A stretch of DNA of 64,000 nucleotides from Pseudomonadota bacterium (lineage in GTDB: Bacteria; Pseudomonadota; Alphaproteobacteria; Rhizobiales; Rhizobiaceae), in NCBI GenBank assembly GCA_023399465.1, contig JAEWPB010000020.1, positions 22,380 to 86,379 of the forward strand. The letters are read 5' to 3'. A program made the translations under genes and the position numbers. The notes beneath the pieces were generated by a model. The model saw only the letters and a list, made by a program, of their open reading frames with translations, searched no databases and was not told the origin of the DNA. Positions 45,857 through 54,289 of the stretch are shown in pieces. Numbering within the stretch: position 1 is the first letter of the stretch; each line of letters begins with the position of its first letter.

Positions 45857-46552
45857 TTATAGCTTCAATGCCGCCATATGGAAACGCAGTTGATCCCGGG
45901 GGTAACGGTACTCGGCTCCGACCGGGCAGGCATTGCGCGCTGCGCAGCCGCCGTCCATGCATCCCGCTTGCCCCGCTGGCGTGGCGAGATGCATCCGGCA
46001 CATACCGACATCGAACCCTTTCTCCGAGACGGCGTTCGCCGGGCAATGCGAAAGGCAGGGCCTGTCCGCGCAACCGTCGCAGGGGTGGCTGGCTGGAGAA
46101 GTCCCCGCCGGCTCCGAGATGACCTCGGCAAAGCCGAGCGCGCCGCGATAGCCGTGCCAGAGCCCGTAAACCGGATGAACGAGAATGCCGAGCGGCGAAG
46201 CCTTCAGGCCCTCGGCCTGCATCGCCCAGCGCTGGAACGGCTGCCAGGGAGGATCGGAAGGAAACCATGCGGTTGCGGCAAGATCGTTGGCGACAGGCCG
46301 GATCACGACCTTCGACCAGGTGTCTAGCGGATCGGCGCCGCCGGCATCGGCCTGCTCCTGCCGCCATCGGGTGAAGGGTTCCCAGAGCGAACCGCCGACA
46401 TTGCCGAGAAGAACAACGGAACGCGCGCGCCGGCCATCCGTGAGGTGCGGACCATCGACATCATCGCCAAGATCGACGACGCCGCGGACAAGAATTCCGT
46501 GCGGCCCGAAGACCGCACGGAGATGATCGAGAATGGCGGAACCGCGGCTCAT
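45857..46552 (-). CDS. cysteine-rich putative Fe-S protein (ferredoxin-like C-terminus)
   Basis: 231 aa. The C-terminal third has HPCDGCADRPCLSHCPANAV and CRMHLATPAGQAGCMDGGCAARNACPVG, which look like two iron-sulfur-type clusters. The N-terminal part was not recognised. Confidence 0.5.
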   Translation of the reverse strand: MSRGSAILDHLRAVFGPHGILVRGVVDLGDDVDGPHLTDGRRARSVVLLGNVGGSLWEPFTRWRQEQADAGGADPLDTWSKVVIRPVANDLAATAWFPSDPPWQPFQRWAMQAEGLKASPLGILVHPVYGLWHGYRGALGFAEVISEPAGTSPASHPCDGCADRPCLSHCPANAVSEKGFDVGMCRMHLATPAGQAGCMDGGCAARNACPVGAEYRYPRDQLRFHMAALKL

Positions 46553-46653
46553 CGCGGTCCCTTGTACTCATAGTGCGGACGCCAGACTTCCTTCTGGATC
46601 CAGTCGGCGACGCTCTTCGCCCCGCCTTGCTCCCTGGCGGGATCGGGCTCTCT

Positions 46654-48231
46654 TCAGGTGAACGCGTCCGGCATGGAATCCTTGCGCTCCTGGATGAACT
46701 TCAGGAGTGCCTGGTCGATTGCCGGGTCGAGTTCCGGTGCCTCGTAGTGATCGAGCCAGGTGCGGCAGAGCGCATTGGCGCGGTCCTCGATCCGCTTCTG
46801 GCCTTCGACCTCCCACTGTTCGAAGGAGTTGTTGTCGGAAATCACCGACCGGTAGAACGCCGACTGGAAGTTCGCCTGGGTATGGGCGCAGCCAAGATAG
46901 TGGCTGCCCGGGCCGACTTCACGGATCGCATCCATCGCCTGGCCGTTTTCCGACAGGTCGACGCCCTCGGCGAAACGCTGCAGCATGCCGAGCTGGTCCT
47001 GGTCGATCATGAACTTCTCGTAGGAGCTGACGAGACCGCCTTCGAGCCAGCCGGCGGCATGCAGCACGAAGTTGGTGCCGGCCAGCAGCGTGGTGTTGAG
47101 CGTATTGGAGGTCTCGTGCGCGGCCTGCGCGTCCGGAACCTTGGAGCCGCAGAGCGAGCCGCCGGTACGGAACGGCAGTCCGAGGCGGCGGGCAAGCTGT
47201 GCCGCGCCGTAGGAGACTAGCGACGGCTCCGGCGTTCCGAAGGTCGGTGCACCCGACTGCATCGAGATCGAGGCGGCGAAGGTGCCGAACAGCACCGGCG
47301 CACCCTTGCGGATAAGCTGGGTGAAGGCAGCGCCGGCGAGCACCTCGGCAAGGATCTGCGTCAGCGTACCGGCAACCGTGACCGGGCTCATCGCGCCCGA
47401 CAGGATGAACGGCGAGAGCACGCAGGCCTGGTTGTGGCGGGCGTAGACCTTGAGCGCGCCGACCATGGTCTCGTCGAAGACCATCGGCGAGTTGGCGTTG
47501 ATCAGGTTCAGCGTCACGCAGTTGTTCTCGACGAACTCGTCACCGAAAACCATCTTCGCCATGGCGATCGTGTCTTCGGCGCGCTCGGGCGCGGTGACCG
47601 AGCCCATGAACGGCTTGTCGGAATACTTGATGTGGCTGTAGACCATGTCGAGGTGGCGCTTGTTCACCGGAACATCGACCGGCTCACAGACGGTGCCGCC
47701 CGAGGAATGCATCGACGGCGCCATGTAGGAGAGCTTCACGAAATTGCGGAAGTCCTCGATGGTCGCGTAACGGCGGTTGCCGTCGAGATCGCGCACGAAG
47801 GGAGGGCCGTAGACCGGCGCGAACACTGTCGCATTTCCGCCGATCTGGACGCTGCGGGCCGGATTGCGGGCATGCCAGGTGAAGGTCGACGGTGCGGTCT
47901 TCAGCAGTTCGCGGCAAAGGCCCTTCGGGAAGCGGACGCGCTCGCCCTGCACGTCGGCGCCGGCCTGCTTCCACAATGCCAGCGCTTCGGCGTCATCGCG
48001 AAACTCGATGCCGACCTCTTCGAGGATGGTATCGGCATTGCGTTCGATCAGCTGCAGGCCTTCCTCGTCAAGGACTTCATAGACCGGGATCTTGCGCTGG
48101 ATATAGGGAAGCGAGGGGCCCGGGCCGCCGCCGGTGCGCGATGCGCGACGCGCCGCAGCTCCCCGACCTTCGCCGCGTGAACGCCGGCCGCCTTCTCCTG
48201 TGGAACCCGTCTGCTCGTTGATTTCGTCCAT
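46654..48231 (-). CDS. MttB-superfamily (trimethylamine methyltransferase family) protein, non-pyrrolysine type; putative quaternary amine:corrinoid methyltransferase
   Basis: 525-aa uninterrupted ORF with no in-frame TAG. The ATG at 48231 follows GAGGA. After an Arg/Gly-rich N-terminal 45 aa come LPYIQRKIPVYEVLDEEGLQLIERNADTILEEVGIEFRDDAEAL and the rest of the MttB TIM-barrel family pattern. Confidence 0.85.
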   Translation of the reverse strand: MDEINEQTGSTGEGGRRSRGEGRGAAARRASRTGGGPGPSLPYIQRKIPVYEVLDEEGLQLIERNADTILEEVGIEFRDDAEALALWKQAGADVQGERVRFPKGLCRELLKTAPSTFTWHARNPARSVQIGGNATVFAPVYGPPFVRDLDGNRRYATIEDFRNFVKLSYMAPSMHSSGGTVCEPVDVPVNKRHLDMVYSHIKYSDKPFMGSVTAPERAEDTIAMAKMVFGDEFVENNCVTLNLINANSPMVFDETMVGALKVYARHNQACVLSPFILSGAMSPVTVAGTLTQILAEVLAGAAFTQLIRKGAPVLFGTFAASISMQSGAPTFGTPEPSLVSYGAAQLARRLGLPFRTGGSLCGSKVPDAQAAHETSNTLNTTLLAGTNFVLHAAGWLEGGLVSSYEKFMIDQDQLGMLQRFAEGVDLSENGQAMDAIREVGPGSHYLGCAHTQANFQSAFYRSVISDNNSFEQWEVEGQKRIEDRANALCRTWLDHYEAPELDPAIDQALLKFIQERKDSMPDAFT

Positions 48232-48485
48232 GATGTATCCTCAATACCTGCGCCGGAGCGCCTTAGACGGCCTATGCTATAGGATTTCGCATATGGAACA
48301 TTCCTCAATGCGCCACGAACTTGCATAAGGCAGACATCAGCATCCGCTCAAGTGGTTAGCCCGTCGCTTTTCAATTGCTGCAACGTCGCATTCGAAAAGA
48401 ATTTTGAAGCGATTGAGGTTTAACTCTAGATGAGGCAAGTTCACTAGCGACGGCCGCAAGGCGTGCATCAACCGGGATACAGCAC

Positions 48486-49190
<705 letters not shown>

Positions 49191-49204
49191 TTATCGAACG
49201 GATG

Positions 49205-49231
49205 TTCCGCTGCGGGTCTTCCGCAGCGGAA
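49205..49231. terminator. hairpin between convergent corrinoid-protein and entericidin-like genes (TTCCGCTGCGG-N5-CCGCAGCGGAA)
   Basis: An 11-bp perfect inverted repeat read directly. There is no clear T-run on either side. Confidence 0.4.
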
Positions 49232-49240
49232 TGTCAGCCG

Positions 49241-49399
49241 TTACTGAGCCGCGTGCACGACCCGCTTGCCGGCGTTTTCAGTAGCGTTGACCGTATTGGC
49301 AGTGTCCTGCCCGATGCCTCTGATCGTGTTGGCACATCCGCCGAGCAGTGAGAGCGCAACGCATACGAGACTGATCCTGGCGATCGTCGATTTGGTCAT
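49241..49399 (-). CDS. entericidin A/B-family small lipoprotein
   Basis: ORF 49241..49453, with the ATG at 49399. The sequence MTKSTIARISLVCVALSLLGGCANTIRGIGQD carries a lipobox (LLGGC). 52 aa. Confidence 0.65.
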   Translation of the reverse strand: MTKSTIARISLVCVALSLLGGCANTIRGIGQDTANTVNATENAGKRVVHAAQ

Positions 49400-49467
49400 G
49401 ATCGGGGTCCTCTGCGATGGATATTCAATCGATGGCAATTTACGATGGTACAATGCCTGATGAACGC

Positions 49468-50067
49468 ATGACGGGCAAAAAAGTTCAAATCATCGCGTGT
49501 GGCGCCATCGCCCGCGAGATTCTCGCCGTCATCCGCCTGAACCGGCTCGACCATCTCGAACTCCAGTGCCTGCCCGCCATCCTCCACGCCCGCCCGGAAC
49601 GGATTGCACCGGCCCTCGAGGCGGCAATCTCCGAGGCCAGGGCCGGCGGCGCTACGGATATCTTCGTCGGCTATGCCGATTGCGGCACCGGCGGAGCGAT
49701 CGACCGCATCTGCGAGCGCGAGGGCATCACCCGCCTTTCGGGACCGCACTGCTACTCCTTCTTCGCCGGCAACGACGAGTTCGCCGCCCGCTGGGAAGAC
49801 GACATCACCGCCTTCTTCCTCACCGATTTCCTCGCGCGACAATTCGAAGCCTTCGTCATCGAACCGCTTGGCCTCGACCGGCACCCAGAACTGAAGGACA
49901 TGTATTTTTCCAATTACACCAAGCTGGTCTACCTCTCGCAGGAGGAAGACCCGACCCTCGAGGCCAAGGCCCGCGCGGCAGCCGACTATCTCGGCCTCCA
50001 GTATGAGTACCGCTTTACCGGTTATGGCGACCTCGGTGCGGAACTGGCCCGCGCCGGGCAGGCTTAA
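49468..50067 (+). CDS. DUF1638-like protein (family recurrently linked to corrinoid methyltransferase genes)
   Basis: ORF 49417..50067, with the ATG at 49468 (MTGKKVQIIACGAIAREILAVI...FVGYADCGTGG...). The family assignment is from memory of the sequence pattern and gene context. Confidence 0.55.
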   Translation: MTGKKVQIIACGAIAREILAVIRLNRLDHLELQCLPAILHARPERIAPALEAAISEARAGGATDIFVGYADCGTGGAIDRICEREGITRLSGPHCYSFFAGNDEFAARWEDDITAFFLTDFLARQFEAFVIEPLGLDRHPELKDMYFSNYTKLVYLSQEEDPTLEAKARAAADYLGLQYEYRFTGYGDLGAELARAGQA

Positions 50068-50145
50068 CCTTTTCTTCGATATTCCCGCCGACAGTGCGTC
50101 TTCAAGTGGCCATGCCACCGGTTTCCACGTCGAGCAATCAGGCGC

Positions 50146-50955
50146 ATGTCCGATCCCCTCCCTGAGCATTCCCGGCCCGAATTTCCCTGGCGCCAGCGCC
50201 GCGTGGTCATACTCACCGCAGGCGGCGCCAATCCGCAGATCCTGATCAACGCGCTGGCCCACCAGTTTCCCGACATCGCCGTCATTCGCGAACGCCCGGA
50301 ATCCAAGTGGACGATCCTGAAGCGTCGCGCCCGCCGTCTCGGCTGGATCGAAGCGATGGGCCAGATCGCGACCATGGTGGTCTCGCGCCTCGGAAAGAAG
50401 TTCGCCACCCGCCGCGCCGATGAAATCATCGAAGAGTACGGGCTGTCGACGAAGATCGATCCGGCAATCCCGGTCCACGACGTTTTATCGGTCAACGACC
50501 CGGCCTGCCTTGCCGCAATCGGGAAGCTCCAGCCCGCAGTCGTTGTCGTCCTCAGCACCCGCCTGCTGAGCGGCGAGACGCTTGCCCGCATTCCCTGCCC
50601 GGTGATCAACTTCCACGCCGGGGTCAATCCCGGCTATCGCGGCCAGATGGGCGGCTACTGGGCGCTGGTGAACGGCGATCCGGAGAATTTCGGCGCCACG
50701 GTCCATCTCGTTGATACCGGCGTCGACACCGGCGCGACCCTCCATGTCCAGAAGGTCACACCGTCCAGAAGCGATACGATGCTGACCTATCCGCTGCTCC
50801 TGACCGCCGCCTCGACCGGCATCGCGATCCGCGCCGTCGACGACGTGCTCGCCGGCCGGATGCGTCCTTATGCGCCTGAAGGACCGTCGAAAATGCACTA
50901 CAATCCGGCGGTCTGGACGTGGCTCCGGCATGGATTGACAAAACGCATCTGGTAA
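50146..50955 (+). CDS. formyltransferase-fold protein (PurN/Fmt N-terminal domain family)
   Basis: 269 aa with INFHAGVNPGYRGQMG and VHLVDTGVDTGATL, matching the HxSLLPxxRG and DxGxDxG patterns of folate-dependent formyltransferases. Confidence 0.7.
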   Translation: MSDPLPEHSRPEFPWRQRRVVILTAGGANPQILINALAHQFPDIAVIRERPESKWTILKRRARRLGWIEAMGQIATMVVSRLGKKFATRRADEIIEEYGLSTKIDPAIPVHDVLSVNDPACLAAIGKLQPAVVVVLSTRLLSGETLARIPCPVINFHAGVNPGYRGQMGGYWALVNGDPENFGATVHLVDTGVDTGATLHVQKVTPSRSDTMLTYPLLLTAASTGIAIRAVDDVLAGRMRPYAPEGPSKMHYNPAVWTWLRHGLTKRIW

Positions 50956-51052
50956 TTTTTCGCCGCGTCGCTTTTCGCCGCATGCGACGTCGTGGCGAGC
51001 CAAGTCCCCACCCCGCCAGACGTGCAATCTGCGCGAAAGAGGAGAATTCGCC

Positions 51053-51355
51053 ATGGCGGATCGCATTGTCGTATACTGGCGGGACATCCCCGCGCAGGTG
51101 ATCATCAAACAGGGGCGCAAGACCGCCAAGCGCGAACTGTCGCTGCGCTTCACCGAGGCGATCGACATGTGCGCCATGCGCACCGGCGCCGCCGAGACCG
51201 ACGACTATCTCGCCGAGTGGCGCAAGGCCGATCCGGTTCCGGTATCGGACGATCTCGAGGCGGAGGCAGACAAGGCTGCCGCCGAGCTGGAAGCGGCCTA
51301 TGACAAGGAGCGTCTCGTCACGCTGGTCAAGGCCGGAGGACGCGACAATGGCTGA
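51053..51355 (+). CDS. small conserved protein (100 aa), tentatively the family annotated as 'virulence factor' that accompanies MTHFR_C genes
   Basis: An ATG after AGAGGAGA, with sequence MADRIVVYWRDIPAQVIIKQGRKTAKRELSLRFTEAIDMCAMR... Its stop overlaps the next gene's start. The family name is recalled from memory and not verified. Confidence 0.6.
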   Translation: MADRIVVYWRDIPAQVIIKQGRKTAKRELSLRFTEAIDMCAMRTGAAETDDYLAEWRKADPVPVSDDLEAEADKAAAELEAAYDKERLVTLVKAGGRDNG

Positions 51356-51932
51356 GCCGAAGGTCGTAACCGGCAATGCCGCGCCCGCCAAGAAGTCGGC
51401 TACCGGCGCCTTTACGCCTGCCGGGGTATCGCCGAGCCGGCGCGCCCGCCACAAATATACGGTGCGTCTCTGGGCGGTGCGCCACTCGCGCTTTCTCGAG
51501 TGGTTCTACAGCCGCTTCGCCGACACCTTCCTGCTGCTCCATCCGCTGTGGAAGAAGATCGGCTACCAGCGTGTTGAGCGTCCGGTCACCTTCGTCGAGC
51601 GCCACGTCAAGGGCTTCCTTTTCGACTGTCGCATGTGCGGCCAGTGCGCCCTGTCCTCGACCGGCATGTCCTGCCCGATGAACTGTCCGAAGCAGTTGCG
51701 CAACGGCCCCTGCGGCGGCGTGCGCGCCAACGGCAACTGCGAGGTCGAGCCCGACATGCCCTGCGTCTGGGTGCAGGCGTGGAAGGGCTCGCAGAACATG
51801 GTGAAGGGCGACGCGATCATGAACGTGCAGAAGCCGGTCAACCAGTCGCTGCGCGAGACCTCGTCCTGGCTGCGCGTGACCGCCGAAGCCGCAGCGGCCC
51901 GCGAAGCCGCCGAGAAGGAAAGAAACGCATGA
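51348..51932 (+). CDS. methylenetetrahydrofolate reductase C-terminal-domain (MetV-like, Cys-rich) protein
   Basis: ORF 51300..51932, with the ATG at 51348. The cysteine cluster is FDCRMCGQCALSSTGMSCPMNCPKQLRNGPCGGVRANGNCE. Its stop overlaps the MTHFR start (ATGA). Confidence 0.7.
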   Translation: MAEPKVVTGNAAPAKKSATGAFTPAGVSPSRRARHKYTVRLWAVRHSRFLEWFYSRFADTFLLLHPLWKKIGYQRVERPVTFVERHVKGFLFDCRMCGQCALSSTGMSCPMNCPKQLRNGPCGGVRANGNCEVEPDMPCVWVQAWKGSQNMVKGDAIMNVQKPVNQSLRETSSWLRVTAEAAAAREAAEKERNA

Positions 51933-53020
51933 GCCCCGATATCAATCCGCACGATCCCGGCGCTCCGCTCGATCCGCTGCCCGGCCACTCCTCGCGCGGT
52001 CGCCTCGAACGCGTTCTCCGGCGCGGCGAATTCGCCGTTACGGCCGAACTCAATCCGCCCGACAGCGCCAATCCGCAGGACGTCTATGAACGCGCCGCGA
52101 TCTTCGACGGCTGGGTGGACGGCATCAACGCCGTCGATGCCTCTGGCGCAAACTGCCACATGTCATCTGTCGGCATCTGCGCGCTGCTGACCCGCATGGG
52201 CTACGCGCCGATCATGCAGATCGCCTGCCGCGACAAGAACCGCATCGCCATCCAGGGCGACGTCCTCGGCGCATCGGCCATGGGCGTGCAGAACATCATG
52301 TGCCTGACCGGTGACGGCGTCCAGGCCGGCGACCAACCCGGCGCCAAGCCGGTCTTCGACCTCGACTGCATGTCGCTGCTCGAAACCGTGCGCATCATGC
52401 GCGACAATTCCAAGTTCCTTTCCGGTCGCAAGCTGACGACGCCGCCGCAGGTCTTCCTCGGCGCGGCGATCAACCCCTTTGCCCCGCCCTACGACTTCCG
52501 CCCCTACCGGCTCGCCAAGAAGATCGAGGCCGGCGCCCAGTTCGTCCAGAGCCAGTACTGCTTCGACGTTCCGATGTTCCGCGAATACATGAAGAAGGTC
52601 CGCGACCTCGGCCTGCACGAGAAATGCTTCATCCTCGTCGGTGTCGGCCCGATGGCGTCGGCCAAGACCGCGAAGTGGATCCGCTCCAACGTTCCCGGCA
52701 TCCACATTCCCGATGCGGTGATCAAGCGCCTCGAAGGCGCGGAGGACCAGAAGAAGGAAGGCAAGCAGCTCTGCATCGACATCATCAACGAGGTGAAGGA
52801 GATCGAGGGCGTTTCCGGCATTCACGTCATGGCCTACCGCCAGGAAGAGTATGTCGCCGAGATCGTCCACGAATCCGGCGTGCTGAAGGGCCGCAAGCCC
52901 TGGAAGCGCGAGGCCAACCCGGTCGACAGCATGATCGCCGAACGCCTCGAGCAGTTGCGCGAGGGCAAGGAAGAAAACCAGCAGCAGATGGCGGAGATCG
53001 CCGCCCATCATCAGCCGTGA
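51929..53020 (+). CDS. methylenetetrahydrofolate reductase (MetF-like)
   Basis: ORF 51635..53020, with the ATG at 51929. Contains FAVTAELNPPDS, the MetF TIM-barrel pattern IMQIACRDKNRIAIQGDVLGA, and AGAQFVQSQYCFD. Confidence 0.8.
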   Translation: MSPDINPHDPGAPLDPLPGHSSRGRLERVLRRGEFAVTAELNPPDSANPQDVYERAAIFDGWVDGINAVDASGANCHMSSVGICALLTRMGYAPIMQIACRDKNRIAIQGDVLGASAMGVQNIMCLTGDGVQAGDQPGAKPVFDLDCMSLLETVRIMRDNSKFLSGRKLTTPPQVFLGAAINPFAPPYDFRPYRLAKKIEAGAQFVQSQYCFDVPMFREYMKKVRDLGLHEKCFILVGVGPMASAKTAKWIRSNVPGIHIPDAVIKRLEGAEDQKKEGKQLCIDIINEVKEIEGVSGIHVMAYRQEEYVAEIVHESGVLKGRKPWKREANPVDSMIAERLEQLREGKEENQQQMAEIAAHHQP

Positions 53021-53117
53021 ACAGCTACCTGAACGACAAGGCGGCGGAAGCGCTCCACCTTGTATCGGACAACCCGGCGCGATAGACCAACCTCAGCGCC
53101 TGACCAGAGGACCATAA

Positions 53118-54086
53118 ATGACCCGCACCATCGTTGCTTCCGCCACCCGCGAAATCGTGATCGGCTTCGACCAGCCGTTTTGCGTCATCGGCGAGCGCAT
53201 CAATCCGACCGGCCGCAAGAAGCTGGCGGCGGAAATGATCGAGGGCAATTTCGAAACCGTCATCAAGGACGCGCTGGAACAGGTTGCCGCCGGTGCCACG
53301 ATGCTCGACGTCAACGCCGGCGTGACCTCGGTCAACCCGAACGAGACCGAGCCGGGCCTGCTCGTTCAAACCATGGAAATCGTCCAGGGTCTGGTCGACG
53401 TGCCGCTGTCGATCGACAGTTCGGTCACGGCCGCCATCGAGGCCGCTCTGAAAGTCGCCAAGGGCCGTCCGCTGGTCAATTCGGTCACCGGCGAGGAGGA
53501 AAAGCTCGAGGCCATCCTGCCGCTGTGCAAGAAGTACGACGTGCCGGTTGTCGCCATCTCCAACGACGAGACCGGCATTTCCATGGACCCGGATGTGCGT
53601 TTCGCCGTTGCCAAGAAGATCGTCGAGCGCGCCATGGACTACGGCATCAAGCCGCACGACGTCGTCGTCGACCCGCTGGTCATGCCGATCGGCGCCCTTG
53701 GCGATGCCGGTCGCCAGGTGTTCGCGCTGCTGCGCCGCCTACGCGACGAACTCAAGGTCAACACCACCTGCGGGCTTTCCAACATCTCCTTCGGCCTGCC
53801 GCATCGCCATGGCATCAATGCCGGCTTCATCCCGATGGTCATCGGCGCCGGCATGACGTCCGCGATCATGAACCCCTGCCGTCCGCAGGAAATGGAAGCG
53901 GTGCGCGCCGCCAACGTACTGAACGGCACCGACGCCAACTGCACCAACTGGATCATGACCTATCGCGATCACAAGCCCGCCGAAGCCGGTGCCGGTGCTG
54001 CTCCGGTCGCAGCAGCGCCAGCGGCTGGAGGCGGTCGTCGCGGCGGCCGCGCAGCCCGTGCCGGCGCCGGCGCCCGCTCGGAATAA
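53118..54086 (+). CDS. pterin-binding methyltransferase (methyl-corrinoid:tetrahydrofolate, MtgA/AcsE/MtrH-like)
   Basis: 322 aa with FCVIGERINPTGRKKLAAEM and MLDVNAGV, the dihydropteroate synthase-like pterin-binding fold. Confidence 0.8.
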   Translation: MTRTIVASATREIVIGFDQPFCVIGERINPTGRKKLAAEMIEGNFETVIKDALEQVAAGATMLDVNAGVTSVNPNETEPGLLVQTMEIVQGLVDVPLSIDSSVTAAIEAALKVAKGRPLVNSVTGEEEKLEAILPLCKKYDVPVVAISNDETGISMDPDVRFAVAKKIVERAMDYGIKPHDVVVDPLVMPIGALGDAGRQVFALLRRLRDELKVNTTCGLSNISFGLPHRHGINAGFIPMVIGAGMTSAIMNPCRPQEMEAVRAANVLNGTDANCTNWIMTYRDHKPAEAGAGAAPVAAAPAAGGGRRGGRAARAGAGARSE

Positions 54087-54289
54087 CATACCGCGTGCCG
54101 GCATCTGCCGGACGACTACCGTCAGATCACCTTGCGCTGCCCGCAAGGTGATCTTTGCATGTCGGGAATTGACCATCGTCAAACCCGTTTCGGATGCAGA
54201 CTGACGCCAGCACCCGGAGATCGCCCCGCCACAGGCGGCGATCTCCGATCCCGGCCATCGGGTCCTGTCCCGGAGGAGACATTTTGGAA

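Noticed and set aside
48240-48485. Short palindromes in the divergent mttB/corrinoid-protein promoter region (CCTAT-N3-ATAGG, GGAA-N2-TTCC, an imperfect TTCGAAAAGAATTTTGAA).
   Set aside because: The arms are only 4-5 bp or imperfect, and palindromes of this size are expected by chance in a 250-nt AT-richer spacer. They are worth footprinting but not supportable as features from sequence alone.
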